A stretch of 64,000 nt of DNA from Candidatus Kapaibacterium sp. (GTDB taxonomy: Bacteria > Bacteroidota > Ignavibacteria > Kapaibacteriales > Kapaibacteriaceae), in contig VEQR01000004.1 of the NCBI GenBank assembly GCA_018883125.1, forward strand, positions 5,963 to 69,962. Reading direction: 5' to 3'. Under the pieces are notes generated by a model, which did not search any database, had not been told where the DNA came from, and saw nothing but the letters and a program-made list of their open reading frames with translations. Below, in pieces: positions 8,203 to 17,298 of this stretch. A program made the translations under genes and the position numbers. How positions within the stretch are numbered: position 1 is the stretch's first letter; every line of letters starts with the position of its first letter.

Positions 8203-10308
8203 ATGTCGATCATTTCCATCATTCTAGGTCTAGGCGTCCTGGCCTTGATCGTCGCCGTCATCTTCCGTCAGCGGGTGCTGTCGGTGAAGGTTGAGGATGG
8301 GGCTTCTTCGCCGGAAGAACTCTCACGACTGACCGAGATCTCTACGGCAATTGCCGAGGGAGCAATGGCGTTTCTGAGCCGTGAGTACCGCGTGCTCGGA
8401 CTGTTTATGGCCCTGTTTGCCGTGCTGATCTTTTTCACTGTGGACCACGGAGCCCACACAGCACTTGCCTTTGTATGCGGTGCAGCAACATCGGTTGCCG
8501 CTGGCTACATCGGCATGAAGATCGCCACCGTGGGCAACGTTCGCACAGCGTCGGCTGCACGCGTTTCGCTACAGAAGTCGTTCTCGGTTGCCTTTGAATC
8601 GGGTGCCGTGATGGGATTTGGCCTTACGGGTCTTGCCGTTGTCGGCCTTATCCTCGTGTGGCTTGGTATCGATGCGATGCTCCCTGGTGTAAGCCGCGAA
8701 GTGCAGATGGAAATTCTCTCCGGTTTTGGTCTCGGAGGTTCGGCTGTGGCTCTGTTCGGTCGTGTAGGTGGTGGTATCTATACAAAGGCTGCCGACGTTG
8801 GGGCCGACCTTGTGGGTAAGGTCGAAGCAGGAATCCCGGAAGACGATCCACGCAACCCAGCAGTTATCGCCGACAATGTTGGCGATAACGTTGGCGATAT
8901 CGCCGGCATGGGCGCAGACCTCTTCGGCTCGGTGGCAGAATCGACCTGTGCCGCTTTGGTCATTGGTGCTGCCAGCTACGCTGCCATGCCCGCCGGTGCT
9001 GCCAATATGAACATCGTCCTCTTCCCGATGCTTGTTAACGGCGTTGGGATTGTTGCGTCAATCCTTGCTCTTCCGTTTGTGCGTGCCTCAAGCGAAGAGA
9101 AAGTAGAAGGGGCTCTGAAGAACGCCCTCATCATCTCAACGGTCATCATGCTAGCTGCTCTGTATCCGATTACGAACTGGGCCTTTGGAACCACATCCTT
9201 CATGGTCGGCACTGTGTTGGTGAACGGCATGGGTGTGTTCACGGCGCTGGCTGTTGGTCTTGTTGCCGGACTTCTCATTGGTCTTGTGACAGAGTTCTAC
9301 ACGTCGCACCGCTACAAGCCCGTGCGCGAAGTTGCCGATGCTTCCAAGACCGGTTCGGCAACGAACATCATCTATGGTCTTGCACTCGGCTACAACTCTG
9401 CTGTTATCCCAATGCTCCTCATTGCTATCAGCGTTGTGGTGGGGTACTCGTTTGCCGGCATGTATGGTATCGCACTCACAGCCATCGGTATGCTGGGCAC
9501 GATTGCGGTTGGTCTTACGATCGATGCCTATGGCCCAACGTCGGATAACGCCGGTGGTATCGCCGAAATGGCCGAGATGGGCAAGGATATCCGCAAGCGC
9601 ACAGACGCTCTCGACGCAGCCGGCAATACAACGGCCGCAATCGGTAAGGGCTTCGCCATCGGCTCGGCTGCGCTGACATCTCTTGCGCTCACCAGCGCAT
9701 TCCTCACGCGTGCGAAGGTTCAGGGCACTGCCCTTGCTATCACCGATCCGCACGTTCTTGCCGGACTTCTGGTAGGGGGCGCACTGCCGTTTGCCTTTAG
9801 CGCCATGACGATGAAAAGCGTCGGCAAGGCCGCCTTCGCCATGATCGAAGAAGTCCGCCGTCAGTTCCGAACCATTCCTGGTCTGATGGAAGGCAAGGCC
9901 AAGGCCGACTATGCCAAGTGCGTTGACATCTCGACGGCTGCATCGATCAAGGAGATGATCGCTCCTGGTCTGCTCGTGATCCTCTCGCCCCTTGTCGTCG
10001 GCTTCCTCTTTGGTGTGCAAATGCTTGCCGGACTCCTCATTGGCTCTCTGGTTGTGGGCGTGATGCTGGCCATCAGCATGGCTAACTCCGGTGGTGCATG
10101 GGACAATGCCAAGAAGTACATCGAGACAGGCGTTCACGGTGGTAAGGGCTCGGATACGCACAAGGCCGCCGTCGTAGGCGACACTGTGGGTGATCCGTTC
10201 AAGGACACGTCGGGACCGGCTCTCAACATCCTTATCAAGCTGATGGCCATCATTTCGCTGGTGTTTGCCGGCGCGTTCGCCTCAAGCGGCGGAATCTTGT
10301 TGAAGTAA
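8203..10308 (+). CDS. hppA: Membrane-bound ion-translocating pyrophosphatase, K+-dependent subtype
   Basis: About 16 TM helices; motifs [38 protein letters not shown] and [14 protein letters not shown] (Ala rather than Lys in the GNTT[A/K]A determinant). Confidence 0.93.
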   Translation: MSIISIILGLGVLALIVAVIFRQRVLSVKVEDGASSPEELSRLTEISTAIAEGAMAFLSREYRVLGLFMALFAVLIFFTVDHGAHTALAFVCGAATSVAAGYIGMKIATVGNVRTASAARVSLQKSFSVAFESGAVMGFGLTGLAVVGLILVWLGIDAMLPGVSREVQMEILSGFGLGGSAVALFGRVGGGIYTKAADVGADLVGKVEAGIPEDDPRNPAVIADNVGDNVGDIAGMGADLFGSVAESTCAALVIGAASYAAMPAGAANMNIVLFPMLVNGVGIVASILALPFVRASSEEKVEGALKNALIISTVIMLAALYPITNWAFGTTSFMVGTVLVNGMGVFTALAVGLVAGLLIGLVTEFYTSHRYKPVREVADASKTGSATNIIYGLALGYNSAVIPMLLIAISVVVGYSFAGMYGIALTAIGMLGTIAVGLTIDAYGPTSDNAGGIAEMAEMGKDIRKRTDALDAAGNTTAAIGKGFAIGSAALTSLALTSAFLTRAKVQGTALAITDPHVLAGLLVGGALPFAFSAMTMKSVGKAAFAMIEEVRRQFRTIPGLMEGKAKADYAKCVDISTAASIKEMIAPGLLVILSPLVVGFLFGVQMLAGLLIGSLVVGVMLAISMANSGGAWDNAKKYIETGVHGGKGSDTHKAAVVGDTVGDPFKDTSGPALNILIKLMAIISLVFAGAFASSGGILLK

Positions 10309-10372
10309 TTACGGAATTACTGAAGTACTGAGTTACTGAAGTACGGAATTACTGAATTACCGAATTACAGAA
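10309..10372 (+). repeat. 8-unit octamer array, [G/T]TACNGA[A/G]
   Basis: TTACGGAA TTACTGAA GTACTGAG TTACTGAA GTACGGAA TTACTGAA TTACCGAA TTACAGAA, starting at the base after the hppA stop codon. Confidence 0.9.
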
Positions 10373-10374
10373 GG

Positions 10375-10414
10375 ACGGGAGTTGCGAGGTGTTCGCGGCT
10401 CCCGTTTCTTTTTT
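10375..10414 (+). terminator. Rho-independent terminator of hppA
   Basis: Stem ACGGGAGTTGCGA / TCGCGGCTCCCGT (with G-U pairs), followed by TTCTTTTTT. Confidence 0.75.
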
Positions 10415-10503
10415 AGAGCTGAGAAATACGCGTCACACATGGGAACCTGTCAACCCTGTTTATTCGTTATGTCGGCTCTGCACAACAACATCTGCACAGG
10501 AAT

Positions 10504-12915
10504 ATGATGCGTCTAACGTGGCTCTTCATACTTGCTCTACTGGCAAGCTCAACGATCAATCTCACAGCGCAATCAACCGGTACGATCACCGGGAGCGTTA
10601 AGAACTCCGCAACACAGGAGGCGCTCGTTGGCGCCACGGTGCGCATTGAAGGCACAAAGCTTGGTGGGTTCACCAACACCAAGGGGGAGTTCACCATCAA
10701 GAACATTCCTCCGAAGTCGTACACCATCGTGGTGAGCTCCGTCGGGTACAAGACGAAGTCGCTGTTCAACACCGTCATCACCTCGGGCAACGTTGTGAGC
10801 TTGACGGTGGAGCTTGAGCCGACGTTTACGGAGTCGAAAGAGATTGTTGTGGAAGCGACAACCTTCGGTAAGCGCTCCGAAACGCCCCTTTCCGTGCAGA
10901 GTCTTACCACTGAAGAGATACGCAGTAATCCGGGCGGCAACTTCGACATCTCAAGGGCCATCCAGGCGCTGCCGGGGGTAGGGGGCGCAACGGGCGGAGC
11001 AGGCTTTCGCAATGACATTACGATTCGAGGGGGCGGACCAAGCGAGAACGTCTACTACCTCGATGGCATTGAGATACCCCAGATCAATCACTTTGCAACG
11101 CAGGGCAGTGCGGGCGGTCCGGCCGGTATCCTCAATGTTGCCTTCATCGAAGATGTGAACCTGAGCTCTTCGTCCTTCGGGAGCGGTTATGACAACGCCC
11201 TGTCGTCGGTTATTGCGGTGAAACAAAAGAACGGAAACAACGAGCGTCTGCAGGGGAACATCCGTGTAAGCGGCACAGAGACCGCCCTAACGTTTGATGG
11301 TCCACTATCGGATAACACCACGTTCATCGCCTCTGCGCGTCGGAGCTATCTCGATCTCCTCTTCCAAGCTCTCGACCTTCCAATTCGTCCGAACTATTGG
11401 GACTTTCAGTTCAAGACGACCACGAAGCTCGACGAGAAGACAACGCTGTCAGTTCTTGGAGTAGGTGCCATTGACGACTTCCGATTTGCTGCCCCAAAGC
11501 AATCGACGCCTGAAAAGGAGTATGCTTTCCGAACGGCGCCGATCGTCAATCAATGGAACTACACCATTGGTGCTTCGCTGCGTCGCGCGATCGGGAATGG
11601 ACAACTCTTTGTGTCGTTGAGTCGAAACATGTTCGATAATACCCTCGACAAGTTTGCCGATGGTAAAAATGATGACGAATCAGCTCGCGTGTTCAAGCTC
11701 ACGTCGTGGGAGATCGAGAATAAGTTCCGTGCCGAATACTCGTTGATTACGAGCGAGCTGAAGTTCAAGACTGGTGTGCAGGGTCAGTTGGTACGGTACA
11801 CCAATACGACATTCAATAAGTTCTCTCCGGTACTGCCGGCAGTGCAGTTTGAGTCAGATCTGCGTTTTGGTCGCTACGGTGCCTATGCGGATATGGCCTC
11901 AAGCGCACTGAACAATAGACTGCAGTTTACGGCCGGCGTGCGATTCGATGGCAATACGTTCACGACCACCGGCAACGAATTCTGGCGAACACTCTCGCCA
12001 CGGGCATCGATGACATTTGTCGTAGACTCGGCATGGAGTATTAACGCCACGGCCGGTCGGTATTTCAAGATGCCCCAGTACACCATTCTCGGGTATCGCG
12101 ACAGTACCAATGCCCTCGTGAATCAAGGCGTGGCCTACATCGGAACGAATCACGCAGTCATAGGCGTCGAGTACGTTCCCGACCCAAGTATCCGCATCAC
12201 TGCTGAGGCGTTTTACAAGACCTACGATAACTATCCTGTCTCAAACGTTGACGGTGTTTCGCTGGCAAACAAGGGCATCACCTTTGGAGCTATCGGAAAC
12301 GAGCCTGTGACCAGCGATGGTAAGGGGCGCGCCTACGGCATGGAGTTGTTCTTTCAGAAAAAGCTGACGGAGAATTGGTTCACCACGGTCTCGTACACGC
12401 TGCTGTTTAGCGAGTTCACCAGTCGATTTAGTCCTGACGTGTACGTCCCTTCGGCCTGGGACTTCCGACACCTTGTTTCCGGAATTGTTGGATACAAGCT
12501 CGGAGACGGATGGGAACTCGGGGGCAAGTTCCGCTTTGCAGGTGGCTCGCCATACACACCGTATGACACAGCACAGTCCCGTCTTCAGTACCTCACAACG
12601 GGTAATGGTGTGTTTGACAATACTCGTCTCAACAGTTTGCGTCTCGGACCGTTTCGTCAGCTTGACATTCGCGTCGATAAGAAATGGTCGTTCCAGTCAT
12701 GGTCTCTCGACATCTTCATCGACGTCCAGAATCTGCTTGGCGCCACACAGCCGGCAGTTCCTGGATACACCTTCACCCGGACAGAAGACAACGCTGGTTG
12801 GGCCTCCACCGATGGCCAACCAGTTCGCATTGACGGTGCTAATGCCACGCCGGTGTTGATTGAAAACGGCTCACGCCTTGTTCAGCCTACGCTCGGTATC
12901 ATCATTGAATTCTGA
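10504..12915 (+). CDS. TonB-dependent outer-membrane receptor with N-terminal CarboxypepD_reg domain
   Basis: Signal peptide MMRLTWLFILALLASSTINLTAQ. CarboxypepD_reg-like segment TGTITGSV..VRIEGT..GEFTIKNIPPKSYTIVVSSVGYKT, then a plug and a long beta-barrel ending in ..IIIEF (terminal aromatic residue). Confidence 0.85.
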   Translation: MMRLTWLFILALLASSTINLTAQSTGTITGSVKNSATQEALVGATVRIEGTKLGGFTNTKGEFTIKNIPPKSYTIVVSSVGYKTKSLFNTVITSGNVVSLTVELEPTFTESKEIVVEATTFGKRSETPLSVQSLTTEEIRSNPGGNFDISRAIQALPGVGGATGGAGFRNDITIRGGGPSENVYYLDGIEIPQINHFATQGSAGGPAGILNVAFIEDVNLSSSSFGSGYDNALSSVIAVKQKNGNNERLQGNIRVSGTETALTFDGPLSDNTTFIASARRSYLDLLFQALDLPIRPNYWDFQFKTTTKLDEKTTLSVLGVGAIDDFRFAAPKQSTPEKEYAFRTAPIVNQWNYTIGASLRRAIGNGQLFVSLSRNMFDNTLDKFADGKNDDESARVFKLTSWEIENKFRAEYSLITSELKFKTGVQGQLVRYTNTTFNKFSPVLPAVQFESDLRFGRYGAYADMASSALNNRLQFTAGVRFDGNTFTTTGNEFWRTLSPRASMTFVVDSAWSINATAGRYFKMPQYTILGYRDSTNALVNQGVAYIGTNHAVIGVEYVPDPSIRITAEAFYKTYDNYPVSNVDGVSLANKGITFGAIGNEPVTSDGKGRAYGMELFFQKKLTENWFTTVSYTLLFSEFTSRFSPDVYVPSAWDFRHLVSGIVGYKLGDGWELGGKFRFAGGSPYTPYDTAQSRLQYLTTGNGVFDNTRLNSLRLGPFRQLDIRVDKKWSFQSWSLDIFIDVQNLLGATQPAVPGYTFTRTEDNAGWASTDGQPVRIDGANATPVLIENGSRLVQPTLGIIIEF

Positions 12916-12982
12916 CGACTGTTGACACAGGCCGTATCTTCAACGGTCATTTGATTTCGGCGTCACCATCCCGTTTGCTCGG

Positions 12983-15037
12983 ATGCTGAGACACATCCTG
13001 CTTGCATTCCTTGTAGCTTCCTCAGCTGCCGTCGTAGCCTTTGCAGCCCCCTACTACGAGGGCCGTATCCGTGTGACGTTTCGAGATACTGCGAGGGGGA
13101 AGGACATTCCCATCACGATCATCTATGCCGCTGATTCGGCAAGCGGAGACAATCGGCCACTTGTTGGTACGGGCACGAAGAACATCCCAACCTTCGGCGT
13201 TGTGGTGGTAGGCCATGGCTATCAGATGCCGGTAACGGCGTACAAGACCCTCGGCACAACGATCTGTCAGCACAAGGGCAACTACATCGTCGTGCTCCCA
13301 GAAACCGGATCCGGGCTCTTTCCCAACCATAACGATTTTGCCCTCGACATGGTCTCTGCCGTTGCTTACATGCATCGCGAGGGCAAACGCAAGGGGTCAA
13401 TCTGGGAAGGACACATCCGCGACGAGACCATCCTCGCAGGACATTCCATGGGAGGGGGCGCAACGTTTCTCGCTGCTAAGTCGCTTTTACAGTCGGGTAC
13501 CTCAACACTCGGTGGAGTCATCGCCTTTGCACCTGCTGAGACCAACCCCAGCTCATCAGCTGCAGCAGCATCAGTAACTTGTCCGACACTGATCCTTGCC
13601 GGCGGGGTGGACTGTGTGACGCCCCTTGCCTCAACCGTGCAGCCGATCTATGACAAGCTTTCCGCATCATGCAAGGTACTTGCCGTGATCCCCGGTGCAA
13701 GCCACTGTCAGTTTGCTGATGCCAACTCCACCTGCAACCTTGGTGAGCTGAACTGTAAGGCCACGATCAGCCGCGAGGCGCAGTTTGCTCGGTGCTGGAA
13801 GTATGTGAGTGCATTTCTTGATCGTAGTGATGACTTCTCTCGTGTGATCGAAAACACGCAGGTGCAAACCACAATGCTGCCGCTAGCATCTTCGGAGCTG
13901 AAGTTTGACCGTTCCACCTACTGCGTGAACGACACTATCCGTGTTGAGTACCTGGGTGATCCACGAGATGTGCTCTGGCTGCCGGACAGTGCTCGTGGCA
14001 AAAAGTACGTCGCCATTGCGCGGGGCGAGCGATTGACGATCTCTGCCATGCGAACGACCTGCTTTGGTACGACCCGTCTCGATACATCCATCTCTGTCAT
14101 CCCGCGTCCACAGGTTGAGATCAAAGGGGCACGCAGTATGTGTCCGGGAGATTCCATCTTTCTGCGCGCGGCGAGCAATGCCTCTGCCTTCAATCCTCTC
14201 AGCGTTCGCTGGTCAACCAACGAGACCTCAGACCAGATCGTTGTCCGCCGTGCAGGTGTCTACTCCGTCGAGGTTTCCAGTACGCAAGGATGTGGTTCGG
14301 TGACTGCCCGTGCATCAATTGACCTTGTCGATGTGCCTCCCATTACGATCGGCATTTCCGGTGATTCCATCCTCTGTGATGGCAAGGGACGGATGGTTGC
14401 CACACTCCTTGGCGATGTTGATCGCGTTCGTGGGATTGTCTGGAGCACAGGCGACACCACGCGCGAGATACGTCTGACGAAGGCTGGTAGGTATGAGCTC
14501 TATGCACGGATGATCCTTCGTGATTCACTCGCATGTCCCGTCACATCTGACACCGTCTCGTTCTCACTGCGCAGGTACAACGCCACCGTACCGACGATCT
14601 CCGGTGATGCCGATACGCTGACTTCCACTCCGGCCGATACCTACCAATGGTCTGTTGACGGTGCAGACATTGCCGGCGCCACTGAGCGTGTGCATGTGGC
14701 ACGCCGCACCGGACGCTATCGTGTTACCACCACGCGCGCTGATGAAGGGGGCTGTCCGGCAACAAGCGAGCCGCGCTCCGTTGTTGTGAGCGGTGTTGAA
14801 GAGAACGCACGTCAGTATCCCCTGCTACGTCAGCTGCCAGGGAGCATCATCGTTGAGGTTGCCGCCGGCACACACATCATCGAGATCCGGAACGTCCGTG
14901 GACAGAACGTTCTCACGCGCCGCTGCGAGTCTTCTCAGGCCCAGCCAATCCTCATTGACACCAGCACATTTGCCATCATTCCTCATTTGCTTACTGTGGA
15001 TGGTCAGCCGGCTGGATTGTTCGTTCCGCAGCGCTAA
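12983..15037 (+). CDS. Secreted alpha/beta hydrolase (cutinase / dienelactone-hydrolase-like) with Cys-containing Ig-like repeats and a probable T9SS CTD
   Basis: Nucleophile elbow GHSMGG (13439-13456), downstream ILAGGVDCVTP (Asp) and IPGASHCQF (His). Signal peptide present. The C-terminal half is repetitive beta-rich sequence. Confidence 0.7.
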   Translation: MLRHILLAFLVASSAAVVAFAAPYYEGRIRVTFRDTARGKDIPITIIYAADSASGDNRPLVGTGTKNIPTFGVVVVGHGYQMPVTAYKTLGTTICQHKGNYIVVLPETGSGLFPNHNDFALDMVSAVAYMHREGKRKGSIWEGHIRDETILAGHSMGGGATFLAAKSLLQSGTSTLGGVIAFAPAETNPSSSAAAASVTCPTLILAGGVDCVTPLASTVQPIYDKLSASCKVLAVIPGASHCQFADANSTCNLGELNCKATISREAQFARCWKYVSAFLDRSDDFSRVIENTQVQTTMLPLASSELKFDRSTYCVNDTIRVEYLGDPRDVLWLPDSARGKKYVAIARGERLTISAMRTTCFGTTRLDTSISVIPRPQVEIKGARSMCPGDSIFLRAASNASAFNPLSVRWSTNETSDQIVVRRAGVYSVEVSSTQGCGSVTARASIDLVDVPPITIGISGDSILCDGKGRMVATLLGDVDRVRGIVWSTGDTTREIRLTKAGRYELYARMILRDSLACPVTSDTVSFSLRRYNATVPTISGDADTLTSTPADTYQWSVDGADIAGATERVHVARRTGRYRVTTTRADEGGCPATSEPRSVVVSGVEENARQYPLLRQLPGSIIVEVAAGTHIIEIRNVRGQNVLTRRCESSQAQPILIDTSTFAIIPHLLTVDGQPAGLFVPQR

Positions 15038-15053
15038 TCAGCTGTAAAGCCCC

Positions 15054-15083
15054 TTGCAGATTTCTTCGATGCCCGTATCTTTG
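15054..15083 (+). promoter_or_regulatory. Bacteroidota-type promoter (TTG-N19-TATCTTTG) for tRNA-Lys
   Basis: TTG at 15054-15056, a 19-nt spacer, then TATCTTTG at 15076-15083, ending 4 nt before the tRNA 5' end. Confidence 0.45.
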
Positions 15084-15086
15084 CGG

Positions 15087-15160
15087 GCTTCCTTAGCTCA
15101 GCTGGTTAGAGCAACTGACTCTTAATCAGTGGGTCCGGGGTTCGAGTCCCCGAGGGAGCA
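15087..15160 (+). tRNA. tRNA-Lys(CTT): tRNA-Lys (anticodon CTT), CCA not encoded
   Basis: Manual cloverleaf: acceptor GCTTCCT/AGGGAGC (one G-U pair), anticodon stem ACTGA/TCAGT with loop CTCTTAA, T arm CGGGG-TTCGAGT-CCCCG. Confidence 0.9.
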
Positions 15161-15170
15161 CACAAAACTC

Positions 15171-15207
15171 AAAAGCCTTCGCTTTGAAAGAAGCGAAGGC
15201 TTTTTTT
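15171..15207 (+). terminator. Rho-independent terminator after tRNA-Lys
   Basis: Stem GCCTTCGCTT (15175-15184) / AAGCGAAGGC (15191-15200), followed by TTTTTTT. Confidence 0.85.
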
Positions 15208-15304
15208 GTCGTGCTAGGATGAATCGACGTCTTTCGTCGAATTCAGGCGTATTCGAAACAATGCAATACAGCTCGTTGGCAAAGCAAGTATGCTCTTTGG
15301 ATGA

Positions 15305-15577
15305 TCACGACTCGCTTGCAATCAGCGGCAGAATCTCAACCGATAGTGCCAATGAATACAGTGGTAGGGTAGTCATCAAGTGGCGCGCATGTTCTTCAGT
15401 GACGCCGTTAAAGATTAGAACTGCTCCGTTTCGCGTTGGCCGAAGGTAGAGCTGTTCTAGAATCCCATCGTGCTTCCACTGCGCGACGACTTCCCGTTCA
15501 TGGATGAGGATCTCCTGGAAGTTGTCTGGCAGATTCTCCGTGCGAATGGTCAGGATTGCGAGCACCTTGTTAGTCAT
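15305..15577 (-). CDS. Muconolactone-isomerase-like small protein
   Basis: 90 aa. The stretch ..EREVVAQWKHDGILEQLYLRPTRNGAVLIFNGVTEEHARHLMTTLPLY.. resembles the MIase ferredoxin-like fold family. It lies 2 nt downstream of the OYE gene. Confidence 0.55.
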   Translation of the reverse strand: MTNKVLAILTIRTENLPDNFQEILIHEREVVAQWKHDGILEQLYLRPTRNGAVLIFNGVTEEHARHLMTTLPLYSLALSVEILPLIASES

Positions 15578-15579
15578 GT

Positions 15580-16668
15580 TCAGTTTCCTTCGCTGCCAAG
15601 AAATGGGTAATCGATGTACCCACTGTCGTTTCCACCATACATCGTTGCGCGATCGGGTGCGTTCAACTGGGAATTGAGTTCGAAGCGCCGAGGGAGATCA
15701 GGATTTGCTAGGAATAGAGAACCATAGGAGATCATTGATGCAAGCCCCCTGTTAATTTCCGCTTCGCCGGAATCGCGCGTGTAGCCGCAATTGGCAATGA
15801 TCGGATGTCGGCTGATACTGCCAAAGGTCTCGATTGCGTCGGCAGGGTATTGCGGAAAGGCGTCGGTTGAGAAGGGGACCTTCATGATGTGCACTTAGGA
15901 CAGTGGCATCTCATTCATTTGATGCAGAAGCATAGTGAACTGTTCAGTAGGATCGAGGTGCGCAATGCCGTTGTATGTGCTGGTTGGGGAAATACGAATA
16001 GCTGCTTTGTCAGGCCCAACTGCTGCGACAAGTGCTTGCATCACCTCGATCACAAAGCGGTTGCGGTTTTCGTGACTTCCGCCATAGCCATCAGTGCGTT
16101 GGTTTGAGCTTTCGGCGAGGAACTGGTTTGGAAGGTAACCGAAGGCTGCATGGAGTTCAACGCCGTCAAAACCGGCCTCGATAGCATTCTTTGCTGCTTG
16201 CTGATAGTCCCCCACGATGCTCGCGATTTCATGAACGTCCAACGCGCGCGGCGTTTCATAGTCCTTCAACCCTTGCATGGTAAAATGCTGTTGGCCAGTG
16301 ATGCCAACGGCAGACGGAGCAACCGGTAGTTCGCCATTTTTCACGAGTGAGTGCCCAACACGGCCAGTATGCCACAGCTGGGCATAAATGACGCCTCCCT
16401 GTTCATGCACAGCCTTGGTGACATGTTGCCAGGCCTCGATCTGGTCCTGTGTATAGAGTCCTGGCGTTAAGGGGCTCCCTGTTGCCTGCTTGCTGATATT
16501 GATCGCCTCGCTGATGATCAGACCAGCGCTTGATCGCTGCGTGTAGTAGGTCACTACTGATGACCCTACAACGCCGTCGCTGCTTGCCCGGCTGCGAGTC
16601 ATCGGCGCCATCGCTAGGCGATTCTTGAGCACGTGTGTGCCGATGCGGGCTTGTTCGAGAAGCTTCAT
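15580..16668 (-). pseudogene. NADH:flavin oxidoreductase (Old Yellow Enzyme / NemA-like) interrupted by an in-frame TAA
   Basis: Track ORFs 15895..16710 and 15580..15894 are contiguous in one frame, separated only by TAA (15895-15897). Together they give a full-length OYE (..LAMAPMTRSRA.., ..FGSLFLANPDLPRRF..). The likely start is MKLLEQ (ATG at 16668). Confidence 0.65.
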
Positions 16669-16747
16669 GGTTTGTTCCTTTTTGCAGTGGTGATAATTTT
16701 CGAGGGCCAAACTAGGATCCTAGTTGCAAATACAGCTGTAGTTTCGA

Positions 16748-17146
16748 TTGCAACACCTAGGACATGTTTTTAGACTAATGGAAGAACCGTCCGTGCGCAA
16801 GACCAAAGACTTCGTTCCTCGCAACTGTCCTGTTGGATATTGCATGAACATCATCGGGGGTAAGTGGAAGCTGACCATACTATACATGATCCGTACCAAC
16901 AGGAATCGGCACAGCTTGATGCTGAGGAGCATCCCTGAGATCAGTAAGCAGACACTAACGAATCAGCTTCGAGAGCTTGAGGCCGATGGCATCATTGAGC
17001 GAGTCATCTATCCGGAAATCCCGCCTCGAGTTGAGTACAATATCACGTCCTACGGAAGTACACTTCTTCCGATCATTGAGAGTATGTATCGGTGGTCGAT
17101 GGAGCACATGCCGGCTGAGCTGCGGCCGGCGAACGTACAAGGCTGA
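16748..17146 (+). CDS. HxlR-family winged-helix transcriptional regulator
   Basis: CPVGYCMNIIGGKWKLTILYMI..QTLTNQLRELEADGIIERVIYPEIPPRVEYNITSYG. Divergent from the OYE gene. The start could instead be the internal Met at 16778. Confidence 0.85.
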   Translation: MQHLGHVFRLMEEPSVRKTKDFVPRNCPVGYCMNIIGGKWKLTILYMIRTNRNRHSLMLRSIPEISKQTLTNQLRELEADGIIERVIYPEIPPRVEYNITSYGSTLLPIIESMYRWSMEHMPAELRPANVQG

Positions 17147-17298
17147 TAGACGGACGGGGCGACGTGTGCCATGAAGCGAGGCGTTGTTTCACGGATGAAC
17201 GACTATCGTCAGACTCTGCTCGGTTTCTTTCTCATGCGCTCACCACGTAAGCGCGAAATCCGTGTACTTTGCGCTCGAGAAAACCGAGTACTCCAACT

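Noticed and set aside
9151-10161. Long antisense or alternative-frame ORFs inside confident genes (e.g. 9151..10161 in hppA, 1446..2285, 25497..26102, 42137..42952, 48714..49301, 53720..54268)
   Set aside because: These are shadow ORFs typical of GC-rich coding DNA. They have Arg/Ser/Pro-rich compositions and no motifs, and each is fully embedded in a gene with strong family signatures.
15129-15449. Track ORF 15129..15449 (106 aa)
   Set aside because: It starts inside tRNA-Lys, runs through its terminator and then runs antisense to the MIase-like gene. Not plausible.
15895-15897. Programmed recoding (selenocysteine, pyrrolysine or read-through) at the in-frame stop of the OYE gene
   Set aside because: The codon is TAA, not TGA or TAG. 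OYEs are not selenoproteins, and the homologous position is an ordinary Tyr. A nonsense mutation or sequencing error is more parsimonious.
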